From the NCBI GenBank assembly GCA_043228905.1, contig JBHGNT010000013.1:14818001-14882000 (forward strand): a stretch of DNA of 64,000 nucleotides, given 5' to 3'. Shown in pieces: positions 1-11,154 of the stretch. How positions within the stretch are numbered: position 1 is the stretch's first letter; each line of letters starts with the position of its first letter. A program made the position numbers and the translations under genes. The DNA comes from Azolla caroliniana. Lineage: Eukaryota > Plantae > Polypodiophyta. A model generated the notes under the pieces. It was not told where the DNA came from. It did no database searches and saw nothing but the letters and a program-made list of their open reading frames with translations.

Positions 1-1170
1 ACATCGATCAATGAAGTGAGCGGCTTTATCTGGTCTATGCTTTAACGAGAATAACAAGTAAGCCCTCTCCACTTCTGTCCTTGAGCACCCTCTTGAAAGA
101 CCGAGAACTCTATAGTGATCAACAGTATCATGGCCATTGCATCTATCACGTATCCCAATGGCTTTACTACTTATGAAATCAATGCAGCCTTGGAAATCAT
201 TATCAATGCCATTAGATGAATGAATTTTACTTATCTCTCGTTGTAAGCTGTGGTTTTGGAGCAAAGCCTCATATAACAATTTCAGCTGCTCAAGGTCATG
301 AAGACAATCAGCAAAGCATCCAATAGTCTCATAAAGCGTGGCTCGGGTACTCAGAGCTTCAGCACAAGCTGGGTTTAATGCAAGGGTCCTGTTACAATCG
401 GCAATTGCATCAATTAGCCGATTAGCTGCATGGTATGCCTCGGCTCGGTGCATATAACACTCTGCGATGAATCCTTGAGGTGTACCTCTGCGTCCATCGA
501 TTATCTTGGAAAAGTGTCTTGCTGCTTCATTGTATAATCCTGCCTCAAGTGCAGCTAATGCAGTTGTCCTTCTTCGAAGAAGGAATTTAATGTTGCCAAG
601 AAGATAGCTAACAAGATTAGAATCTCCTCCACCTCCTGTCTCTGCAATAAAGCTATCCTCTCTCATGCTATTGCTCTGCTTTCTAATGGCCGCAGATGCA
701 GCTCTCTTGCCAGTCGACAGCAAGACCATCGCATCCTCCATCATTCCGAGATGGCAACAAGCTTGGCCTAGAACTATATACCTCCACTGTTCCTTTTCTC
801 CCTTCCTTGTAAAGCTGATCCACAGCTTAGGGTTTTTGAATGGGAAAAATGAGAAGCAATGGAAGAGCGAGACCTTCTTGCCTTTAAATTGGACAGGATG
901 GCCTTCAAGAAGCCTGACCTTCTCCTTGTCCTCAGGGTCAACCACAGCAATACGTTGGTTTCTGAAGCTTGGGATGAAGTCGTGGAGAAGACTAGCAACA
1001 TCTTTAAATCTTCTCAAGTAGAGAAGAGCTCTTGCTTTCAATTCGATGGCTTTGTCCCACTGTGGAGAGAGCTTGAGGGCAGTGTCAAGGAGACTCAGGG
1101 CTAACTGGATATCTGCAGGATCTTGACTTGAGAGTAACTGTCTAGCCTTTGAAACATGCCTTTCAGCCAG
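1..1170 (-). CDS. Exon 2 (runs off window) of TPR-repeat protein with C-terminal degenerate DnaJ-like domain (family of Arabidopsis At2g47440/At3g62570)
   Basis: 390 stop-free codons after the acceptor ...cttcacAG (1172-1171): LAERHVSKARQLL...ELKARALLYLRRFKDVA...QWRYIVLGQACCHLGMMEDAMVLLSTGKR...ADCNRTLAL...VDHYRVLGLSRGCSRTEVERAYLLFSLKHRPDKA. Missed by the ORF track because it has no stop in the window. Confidence 0.9.
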   Translation of the reverse strand, partial: MAERHVSKARQLLSSQDPADIQLALSLLDTALKLSPQWDKAIELKARALLYLRRFKDVASLLHDFIPSFRNQRIAVVDPEDKEKVRLLEGHPVQFKGKKVSLFHCFSFFPFKNPKLWISFTRKGEKEQWRYIVLGQACCHLGMMEDAMVLLSTGKRAASAAIRKQSNSMREDSFIAETGGGGDSNLVSYLLGNIKFLLRRRTTALAALEAGLYNEAARHFSKIIDGRRGTPQGFIAECYMHRAEAYHAANRLIDAIADCNRTLALNPACAEALSTRATLYETIGCFADCLHDLEQLKLLYEALLQNHSLQREISKIHSSNGIDNDFQGCIDFISSKAIGIRDRCNGHDTVDHYRVLGLSRGCSRTEVERAYLLFSLKHRPDKAAHFIDRC

Positions 1171-1581
1171 CTGTGAAGTTCATAAGAAACAAACTAAATG
1201 TAAGGTTCATGAAGAGCAGAGAGGAAATCCACGGTTCCGTGGACCAATTGTTCAAATCTATAGTAGAGAGAGCTACAATTTTGAACAGAAAACTTCAGAT
1301 CAGGCATATACGAAAATAGAAACAGCGATGCAGTCTTGGTGCACTAATAATTATCCAAACCTATAGGAAGAAAAGAACTAGAATTTTGAACGCAAACTTC
1401 TGGACAGGCATATAATAAAGGAAATCGAAAACCATGAAACAGTTCTATGCACTAACTATTCATATTTATGGAAGAAAAAAGGCTACAATTTTGGCAGAAA
1501 GGACTTCTGAAACGTATTATATTGGAAAGATACAACTCTGCAAGAGGGTGAGAGAAAGATATATGTATGTGAGATACATAC

Positions 1582-1635
1582 CTTTCTGCTGTTAAGCCAC
1601 TTTCGATGGAGAAGGAAGGTCAGGGCACCAGGCAT
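1582..1635 (-). CDS. Exon 1 of the TPR/J-like gene (MPGALTFLLHRKWLNSRK)
   Basis: 54 nt ending AAG|GTATGT. Phase-0 join to exon 2 restores the family N-terminal W-L-x-x-x-K motif. Start codon could lie further upstream. Confidence 0.75.
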
Positions 1636-1861
1636 GGCATTCACTTTCTTTCTCGTTGTGCACACCTCTCATCCGCTTACCTTCTGAACAGTTTGCAAAT
1701 CCATGATCTACGGACAGAAATTTTTGAATGCAGATCGCCGGATTAGACACCAAAGAGAGGAGGCCATAACGAAAGAAACAATGCAGTACTCTGCGTTGAT
1801 ACCACTGGAAGGATGTATAAATGCATACCCTTTCTGCTTTTAACCCGTACATAGCTGGCGA

Positions 1862-1961
1862 NNNNNNNNNNNNNNNNNNNNNNNNNNNNNNNNNNNNNNN
1901 NNNNNNNNNNNNNNNNNNNNNNNNNNNNNNNNNNNNNNNNNNNNNNNNNNNNNNNNNNNNN
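1862..1961. other. Assembly gap (100 N)
   Basis: Run of exactly 100 N. Confidence 1.
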
Positions 1962-2068
1962 AAGGAGGGAAGATGCATACCTTTCCTTTTGCTAGTAAGC
2001 CATGTCTGGCAATGAAGAGGCGGAAACATTCAATGATTTTTCATGCTCCTGGTACAGACGTTTTGGTT

Positions 2069-2195
2069 CCTTCTTCTTCCTTTCTTCTTCTTCTTCCTTC
2101 TTTCTTCTTCTTCTTCTTCTTCTTCTTCTTCTTCTTCCTAATCTTTCTTCTTCCTTTCTTCTTCTTCTTCTTCTGCTTCTGCTTTCCTCTTCTTC
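2069..2195. repeat. (CTT)n microsatellite
   Basis: Imperfect CTT run. Confidence 0.95.
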
Positions 2196-2233
2196 TGCGT
2201 CTAGGTACTGATTTGGCAAAGGCAGCCTGACAC

Positions 2234-2266
<33 letters not shown>

Positions 2267-2330
2267 CGAAGGAAGAGAAGGTAAAGGGATGGATAATAAA
2301 AAGGATAAAATGGTAAATAATTATCGTGAA

Positions 2331-2369
<39 letters not shown>

Positions 2370-2574
2370 GGGGGTGTATATGTCCACCACCATCCTGGAC
2401 AAACTCTCTCTGGCAACCCCCCCCCCCCCCCCCCCCCCCCCCGTCCATCGGGTATGTCCGCTCACCCAACCTCGTTGTCTCCTCCGTGTTTTTGGAACCC
2501 TAACCCTAACCCTACAAGCCACTATTATGTCTTCCTCTTCTTCTGCGTCTAGGTACTGATTTGGCAAAGGCAGC

Positions 2575-2623
<49 letters not shown>

Positions 2624-2865
2624 GAAGGAAGAGAAGGTAAAGGGATGGATAATAAAAAGGATAAAATGGTAAATAATTATCGTGAATTCTGTGTGTGTGT
2701 GTGTGTGTGTGTTTGGGGGGGTGTATATGTCCACCACCATCCTGGACAAACTCTCTCCGGCAAACCCCCCCCCCGTCCATCAGGTATGTCCACTCACCCA
2801 ACCTTGTTGTCTCCTCCGTGTTTTTGGAACCCTAACCCTAACCCTACAAGCCACTATTATGTCTT
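2190..2865. repeat. Tandem duplication, 2 x ~340 bp, each unit with (GA)n, (TG)n, poly-C and AACCCT x3
   Basis: Units start TTCTTCTGCGTCTAGGTACTG at ~2190 and ~2538 and end GCCACTATTATGTCTT; differences are mainly repeat lengths. Confidence 0.9.
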
Positions 2866-2961
2866 GGGTTCGAAACCCAATTTTTCTCTCCTCCCTATTA
2901 TATATATACATACTCCATACATACATACATCTCTTAATTCATTAGATGTTGCCACTGTGGA

Positions 2962-3028
2962 ATGTAGGGGGTTGAACCCCATGACCACCTCGTCTCCCTC
3001 CATTGGGCAACCTTACCAACTCAGGTAC
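2962..3028 (-). other. Degenerate tRNA-like cassette
   Basis: Minus strand GAGTTGGTAAGGTTGCCCAATGGAG...GGTCATGGGGTTCAACCCC; shares a core with 8296-8360. Confidence 0.5.
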
Positions 3029-3039
3029 ATCCATATGGT

Positions 3040-3472
3040 CTCTCTCGCTCTCTCTCTCTCGCTCTCTCTCATGTAACATTTTATACATGCGGCTTAAGGT
3101 TGGATTCATATAAATGCAAAAAAATGGATCCTTTTGTGAGAAGTCTGCATATATACCCCTCATGTTTCATGTTCTCTCATGTTCGCTACACCCCTTTTGT
3201 TTGTTCAGTTTCCTCTTTCTCTCCATTCGAACAACTTAATGGAAGATGGAAAAGGGCTCTCTCTCTCTCTCTCTCTCTCATAGCATCCCCCTTATGCACA
3301 AAAAATGGAAGTCTAAAGAAGAAGAACATACAAAATCCTCCAACCCCTCGCCCCCACCCCCACAATTAATGTGAGAAACTTCTCTCAATCACAAGACTTC
3401 TCACAAAAGGATCCATTTTTTGCATTTATATGAATCCAACCTTCAGCCACATGTATAAAATGTTACATGAGA

Positions 3473-3503
<31 letters not shown>
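3040..3503. mobile_element. Fold-back / MITE-like element with ~75-bp inverted repeats extended by (CT)n and (GA)n
   Basis: 3071-3146 is the near-perfect reverse complement of 3394-3468. Confidence 0.7.
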
Positions 3504-3507
<4 letters not shown>

Positions 3508-6218
3508 GAATGTATTTCTTCCTTTTCTTCTCTTTGCTCTCTTCAAATGTACATTTCTTTTTTTGCATACCTCAGTGGTTTCTTTCTTAGCTATTTCCTT
3601 TCATTTTTCATATATCATCCGAGTAGTTTGCAATACCTTTGTAAGAAATATCTACCATTGTAGGTAGTCAATTGAAGTAGAACATCCATGGGTGGGGAGG
3701 GTTTGGGGGGACATTGTTGTACATATTGATGAATTGGGATTGACGTACTGATTTGTCTATAAATCATGAGGCATTGAGACCTTTCACAAATACTTTTACT
3801 TTCTTATTGAATAAAAGAATGTTTACGAAGTCATTTTGTAAATATTAGAATGTTTGCGTATCTTATATTAAAATGCAAGTAAACCAAAGTGTCACATTGG
3901 ACAATGAATTTTGTTGAATTGCTTTGGTGTCCAATGGTAAAGTTGAAGTAAGCCATGTTTCACAACAAACATCAAACTTATATCATAAGGATTTGCTATT
4001 GATTAAACTAATTACATGCAAGTAAACTAGGTCGTGGCATGAGAATGTTTGATATAAGGCTCTTTGCCCAACTGAAAACCATATCCAAATGGCATGATGT
4101 CTTCCCATGTCTCGCTCTCTGAATACACATCTTTATGTTTGCTCTACAAATCGAGAAACCAATGGTTTGATCACAATTGAAGAAGTGCATGACATCCATG
4201 AAGATCACTATATCTATAAATACAACACCAATATGGATGTTGAGGTTTATAACCTTGACAATCACATGGCTGAATAAGATGGGCATCCGCATGGAATTCA
4301 TATGTGATTGCAAGTTTATTCATATGGGTGATTAGCTAAAATGCCTTGCAAAATGCCTTATATAGCCACGTGGACGAATAAGATGGGGCATCCACGCTCT
4401 TTAAAACTAGTCACAATAACATAATAGTCAAGAACATGATCAACTAAGTCAATGCTTTCATAAAGTTTGCATTATTTTCCCAACATTCCTACAATATGTC
4501 ATCTCATTGTTTTTGTTTTGACTTGTTGCATTAACTTTGATGGGCCATGTTGAACTAAATGATCTACATGAAGTTCTCCAACTATCAATTTATCTCAACA
4601 TCTCTGTCATACATTTCAATATTAAACCCCAGATAGGAGGACGTATCGACATCATGCCCATAATGAAGTTGTTCATAGATGGAATTGATATTTGAAGTTT
4701 CATATAACCAAAGATGCACAAGAAAAAAACAAACTTTTATCCTATCTTCCCCATTAGAGTACAAAGCCACTATATTGAGCGCAAAATAGTTTCACCTATG
4801 ATATGAACCCATATAGGTGTATTCATAATGTATTAAAAATATTTTGTCAGTATACATTTAATGGGCGTGTTTGTAATAAATCAAATTCTAAAAATCGTAA
4901 AAACATATCACATGCCACTTTGAAATGCAAATGTTTTGGGAGTGTCCTCTACAACCATTATTGAATGATGAGGAAATATATCTCATTGCATAAACTTAGA
5001 GGCTATTTGGAATCCCCAATAGTTCTAGTTGAATACGAAAAGGTTCTTCCCTTACAAAATTGATTGTCATGCCTAACGACATGCAATTTGGGTTTCAAAT
5101 TTCTCATGACATCCATATACCATCATCATCTCATGGTGAGACCAAGCTTAAATATACTTAGTGTCATAATGAGACGATGATATAAGTGGATATAGTAATC
5201 AAGTACTTGCATTCCAAGTCAATATTGTATTGCTTTTGAGGATATATATATATAGCCTCAAAGATAGTACTAATTTGTAACCTCTATATTTAGCTCGGTG
5301 GTTTATAACTACTTGTTGACTCTTAGCTATAGAAAAATGTGAACAACTTAATGCCATGAAACAATCTCATGACATCATTTGCCATGGTGGCTTGTAAGTT
5401 ACACATGTGTGTGGCTTAATAAGGACATCCACGTTAACTTATCAAATATATATAAAAAGAAAACATTTTCTCAAATTTAAATAATTAAGAAGATGTGCAA
5501 AATTTGAAAGCTTGTTGATGTCGTGGAGCATCTGATGATGTCAAATGATGTTAGTTAGGGTGAACTTCCAATTGTAGAAATTTCATATTGCACCACCAAT
5601 GTTGTTGGATGCAATATAATTGTATTTCACTAAAAATCCTCACGTCTAAAGGAACAAAAGACACGAGGCAATTAAAGTTTTAATAAAAAGCATCAAAAAA
5701 TAATGAATAATATAAACATGCATAGAAAAGAAGAGTTGCTCTTTCATTTGTAGATTTCATTTTCAAAAAACTTTTATACATGATTTACATTGCAAGGGTT
5801 GGGATTCAATAACAACTAATAATCCAATTGTTTTGGGTGCTTTCACTTTTGCACGCCCCAATCATAATTCTCGATAGTACTTTTTCTGGAGATGTCATCT
5901 TTTATCTATTTCATGGAATATCTATTGCAATACCCTATTCATATATGTTGTTTATTGTTTGGCCTATACTTGTAACGAGTTAATTGAGTAAATTGCGAAC
6001 AACAATGCAAAGCCTTGATACATTTAGCTACGAAAGGCAAGCTCATAATAAAGAGCATTGCACAAACTCAATGTGGTCTACCATACAACTAAGCTACATA
6101 CTATTGGGGCTCTTAGAAGATATAATGCATCACACAACTAAAAACCTAATTTGTTTTGGTGTTACGGGAAGACATGATTCATCATATAACTAAAAGTACA
6201 CAAATTTCGTATCGTAGG

Positions 6219-6661
6219 TGTTAGAGTTAGATCCTAATGTAAGCATGAGATAATGAAATACATTATAAGAAAATAGACAGGAGAGAGAAAGATGGGTACA
6301 GATCCACCCCCAAGCGAAGGGATCGAGATGGACTCAAGCCTCGATCGGCATCCCATACCACCGATGTGGCGTCGAGTCGTACTAGGTACTAGCGTGCTCA
6401 CTACAAGAGTTGACCATCACAAGGGTAGAGTCTCGACGTAGTCGATAATGTGTTAATGAGGGTAGTTAGGCCTCATATTTATAGCCAGACCTAAGGCCCC
6501 CAAGCAAGTTCACACTTGGCCTTAATGAGTTGTCTCAATCCCAGGATTAAAAGTAATCCTTCCCTTCTTTACACTCTTGGTTAACCCTCACATGTTATCC
6601 TTGTGTGTAAAATACTACAATATAACTTACCACAGGATATTATATGGTCATGCCCGTAACA
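6219..6661 (-). mobile_element. Solo LTR of the chromovirus family at 30486-34100
   Basis: TG..CA; colinear with LTR 30486-30941; flanks GTAGG/CTAGG (TSD with 1 mismatch). Confidence 0.85.
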
Positions 6662-7002
6662 CTAGGGATATGAAATTCATCACACGACGAAAAGCAACAA
6701 AAAAACTTTAAACTACCATACTCTTTCAACAAATAAACACTACACAATTTTTTTTCTTATTTGTTTATATTACATTAGTATTTTTATCTTTGGCTCGTCC
6801 GAAGGCTACAACTCACACGAAGTCATGTTTTATTAGCAGTACATAGTCCATCAGGGGGTGTACCGAGTGGTACGAGTGAGATACATATGGTACGAGTGAG
6901 ATACATGCACAGGATGACCTCTAGGATATGATGAGACTCGCACCACGTTCCATCATGCAACTTGTAGACAGGCTACATTTTACCTTCTTCATCGTCGAAA
7001 CC

Positions 7003-7347
7003 GTCACCATTTTCGTCGTCGTCACTTACGAGCACAAACCGCCCTTCATTGTCACCATTTTTGCGTCATCGCCACTTACGGGCACAAACCGCCCTTCACT
7101 GTCACCATTTTTGCGTCATCGCCACTTATGGGCACAAACCGCCCTTCACTGTCACCATTTGCATCGTTGCCATTATCTTTGTCGCCGTCACTTACGGGCA
7201 CAAACCGCCCTTCACTGTCACCATTTGCATCGTTGCCATTATCTTTGTCGTCGTCACTTACGGGCACAAACCGCCCTTCACTGTCACCATTTTGCATCGT
7301 TGCCACTATCTTCGTCGTCGTCGTCACTTACGGGCACAAATCGCCCT
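7003..7347. repeat. Minisatellite, ~6 units of about 50 and 66 bp
   Basis: Repeated core CACTTACGGGCACAAACCGCCCTTCACTGTCACCATTT. Confidence 0.9.
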
Positions 7348-7365
7348 TTTTAGGTACTACATGTA

Positions 7366-7432
7366 TGTTGGTGCGAGGAGACTCGAACCTCCAACCTAGC
7401 GGTTGGAGTGTCCCCCCATTACCATTACAACA
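7366..7432 (-). other. tRNA-like A/B-box cassette
   Basis: Minus strand TGTTGTAATGGTAA...AGGTTGGAGGTTCGAGTCTCC at tRNA spacing; no intact cloverleaf. Confidence 0.6.
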
Positions 7433-8295
7433 AATAAATACTACACAATTAGGATACACTAGGAATAATATGATTCCTCTTTTGACTAACAATGATAATC
7501 AGGTGCAATTGTGACTTCAATGGTACAACAACACATCCATAGGGGCCAAACTTGTTGAAAGCACTAGAAAGTTGCGACTCTATATGGCGCAACAAGATCT
7601 TAACAATCGTCAATATTGATGGAATTACATCTTCTCCTTTGTGGTGACATTGCGTGTAGATATGTGAGTCCAAATGGCATGACAATCTCTCTCTTTTTGT
7701 GAGCACACAAGAACAACTCGACACCTCCAAAATACAAAAGAGTTGACATAGGGAAGAGAGCTCACACCATTCAAATGAAAAGACAAGCAAAATTGAAGAT
7801 AAAAGAGTATTGCGCATAAATAGTGAGTGGGCACACATGATTTTGCACGTCATGAGCATGGATTTCTATTCGACTCCCCACAATGAGGCCTTGGGAAACT
7901 CCAAGGGTTTATGGCTAGACAAAAAGTATTTCCACATAAGGCCTAATTCACAAAGAGGCCACTTCTTCAAAGGTACACATAAAGACCGTGAACCACAAAT
8001 TGCATTTGGAGAAGTTCCCAAAGTTTTCCCATATATCTGGTGAGTTGTTTGCAACATGTGAGCATTGACATTCTTTCATGATGGTCAAAGAATCACATGA
8101 TGATGCAAAAATATATGCATGAAAATTGACCAAAATACCCATAAATACTCCAAGAGATTTGCCAAAACATTTGCGAAGATGGATGTAGCACAATTGATAA
8201 GGCTATACGACATTCAACCCCTCATTGCACAACAACACATAGTAAATTACAAAAGAAAAATACTACAAGGATAAGTTAATCATGATGATATATGG

Positions 8296-8360
8296 ATGTA
8301 GCTCAATTGGTTAGTTGGTAAGGTTACCCAATGGAGACTAGAAGATCGTGGATTCAAGAA
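8296..8360 (+). other. Degenerate tRNA-like cassette
   Basis: TAGCTCAATTGG A box; AGTTGGTAAGGTTACCCAATGGAG shared with 2962-3028; decayed B box. Confidence 0.5.
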
Positions 8361-8685
8361 ATATGTATGGAGTAATAAACATGTGAGGAAATTGGGTTTC
8401 AAATCCAAGACGTAGTGCTAATTACGATAAAAATGAGATAAATAGATATGGCAAGTAAAACACTTTTGATGGTCAATAAGAGTTCAACTGAAAAAATAGT
8501 TGCACAACAATGGAGATATATATCGATGAACGTACGAGGAGGAACACCTGCTTGAAGTGCAAGCTCAGTTGCCATAAGTGTTGTCAGAGATTTAAGTTTA
8601 GAAGGCTTCACTCATTAATGCCCTACATCAACCTTGTGTGTAAATATTGGGATGCTATTTTCGTAAATTTCCAAAACATGTATTT

Positions 8686-8752
<67 letters not shown>

Positions 8753-8849
8753 AACAGGTTAGAATACATCGTCCAAGACAATATGTGGAGGATGTTAATT
8801 GTCAATCACATAAATATTTCCATGACCTTCACGAATCACATACACGACA

Positions 8850-10740
8850 TAATGTGGTAAGGTTAAGGGACGATGTTATGATGTGTTTTGATCCTCAAGA
8901 AAATGCAATTGTGAAGAAATGTGTAGAATATTATACACAATTGTTAGATGTGCAAGTGTGTATTCATGATAATGTTAAAAATGATGTAGATATTTTTGAA
9001 TGGAATGAAAAATCATGTATCATATGATGTGGCACAATTGCTAGATATTGGTATTTTAGAGGATGAGTTGGAACACATCATGTCACATCTTGTTAATGAT
9101 AAGAGTCATGAGTGGGATAGATTAATAAATGAACTTTTTAAGAAAATATAATTAAGTTAATGGGGCCTTTTAGGGTCCAATTTTAGAAGGTTCGGACATA
9201 AGGGGAAATGCCTTATTCTTGGAAGATTGGTTTGATAAAGCTTTATATTGAAGGCACCTTCTCCATCTTCCTTTGTTCAATGGAGGTCTATTTCATTGAT
9301 GGGGGGAATGTACAAGATTTCTACAAAAGTGATGACCAATAGATTACATAAGGTTTTACCTTCTATTTTCATAATGCTCAATATGGTTTCTCCTAAAAAG
9401 AGATATTTTACATAATGTTTCAAATGATGAAATGGAAATTGATTATGCAAACGAGTCTAAACAAGAATTAGTGTTGTTACAATTGGATATTGAGAAGACA
9501 TATAATAATGTGGGTTTGTCATTTATAAATCAGTTGATGTCTCACAAGGGTTTTGGTGATAGTATGTCTAAGTTTATACATACATTAGGGGAGGGTTTTA
9601 TTTCTATTCAAAGATCAGTTAGTTAGTTAGATAGATTTTATTATCGTTTTCGAAGGTCAAATATGACCTATAAGACCAAAAATATTACATTTCATGTGAT
9701 ACATGTGAAAGTGATTTCAATGTTCAAGAACTTTACCAATGAATATTGCAATCAAGAGTGCACATTGTGGTTGTGCGAGGAATTCGTGCAAGGATTGGGT
9801 CTGGTCGAAGATGTGTGGAAAAAAAGGTCGAATATGATCAAAAGCTGAGCATTGTATCAAAGTGTGATTCTTAGACTCTCGAACTTAAATACAGGGATGC
9901 CAGGTCAGTCCTTTTGCTATTCACTATTGTGACACATCCTATTCTTGTTATTACACAATATGGTTGTAGAGGAAGATTTTCTTGGCATTAAGCCATTGAT
10001 GTATTGTTCAAGCTCTCATAGATGACCAAATCATGTTTTGGCACCTAATCGAGAAAGTATTAGTATGACAAGAGATGTATGGGAAATGTTTTCAAATGAT
10101 TCAAGGTTGGGGGGTCAAGAAAGATAGTACATCTTGGTATGATTTGTTGTCACCTTGGATATCCAATTGGGGTGGAAGTTTCTCTTGTGAAATTTATGGA
10201 GTGAGTATTTGAAAAATTGGAGGATAAGTTTATGTATTGGAGGTCTCAATTCAAGCCTTTTCATTGATGACGTAAGGTGGTCCACCCGATTATGGTCTCC
10301 TGGTATCTTATTATTTTCCTTTGCTACTATGGTCAAAGAAAACTCTTGAAATGATGGCATACTCAATGTGGATGTTGTTATGGAAGAGAAAATGGAAAAA
10401 CACCAGGTCGTGTTGTCACGGGATCATACTTGTTCTCTGTAGCATTTAGGTGAGGCATCAATATTGACTTTATATGGGCATATGATGGCTCGTGGGTTTA
10501 CCTTCATTCAATTTATGTTTGAGGGTGTACAACCTTTGATGAAATGGTGACATAATTTATAGAGACATGAATTCAAATTGGAAACATGATGGTTGAAGTT
10601 AATTGGTGGAATGCCATTAATTCTAAAAGGGTTGTCAAATGAGCGATAGTTAATCGTTTGTTGACGTCTTGGCAAAGTATGTTGGATTTTGTGCAATGGC
10701 ATCCACCACAAGAAAGGGGATATGCCAATTCATTACCAAT
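8850..10740 (+). pseudogene. Highly degenerate L1-type LINE ORF2 relic
   Basis: Broken RT motifs: RSISLMGGMYKISTKVMTNRLHKVLP, AQYGF, IDYANESKQELVLLQLDIEKTYNNV; many stops; limits approximate. Confidence 0.65.
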
Positions 10741-11096
10741 GTAGGTGCTGAGATATCACGCTCAACTAAGTTTAGTCATTTAGTCAACCATGTAACTTAG
10801 TAGTTACATAAATAGAATCTAGTTAGAGTGTTGCCTATAAAGTCTTAAATAGGATTTTGTTCCTTGTACTTAAGTGGGATATATTTTAGATCTTCCATTA
10901 CCAAGTTCATTTAATATAGGACTTATACCCTTGTACCTATGTTCTCTTCACACATGTGCACCTTTGCACATGAGATCTATATATACCTCATTACGAGTAT
11001 TTTTGTAACTTGATGATTCTTATTAATATAGAGAAAGGTATTCTAGCTACACTCTTGTTAATCATCCCCCATTGTGTTTATTCATAAGTGAAATTT

Positions 11097-11154
<58 letters not shown>
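10740..11154 (+). mobile_element. Probable LTR fragment, interrupted at 11155
   Basis: TG start, CTATATATA box, TGTAA/AATATA signals, then (TC)n(AC)n; no partner or TSD found. Confidence 0.35.

Noticed and set aside
665-1104. Plus-strand ORFs 665-1021 and 859-1104
   Set aside because: Antisense shadows of the real minus-strand exon
1973-3076. Many overlapping low-complexity ORFs
   Set aside because: Translations of microsatellites
3960-4800. Possible decayed coding sequence on the minus strand
   Set aside because: Multiple stops and no motif I can assign
6160-6218. Alternative solo-LTR start TGTTACGGG forming a 9-bp terminal inverted repeat
   Set aside because: Comparison with LTR 30486-30941 and the better TSD place the boundary at 6219; may be a scrap of a related inverted LTR
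7003-7347. CRISPR-like appearance of the repeat array
   Set aside because: Inter-repeat segments are themselves repeats, no cas genes, eukaryotic context
7449-8200. Cys-rich short ORFs, possible transposase relic
   Set aside because: No recognisable catalytic or zinc-finger pattern
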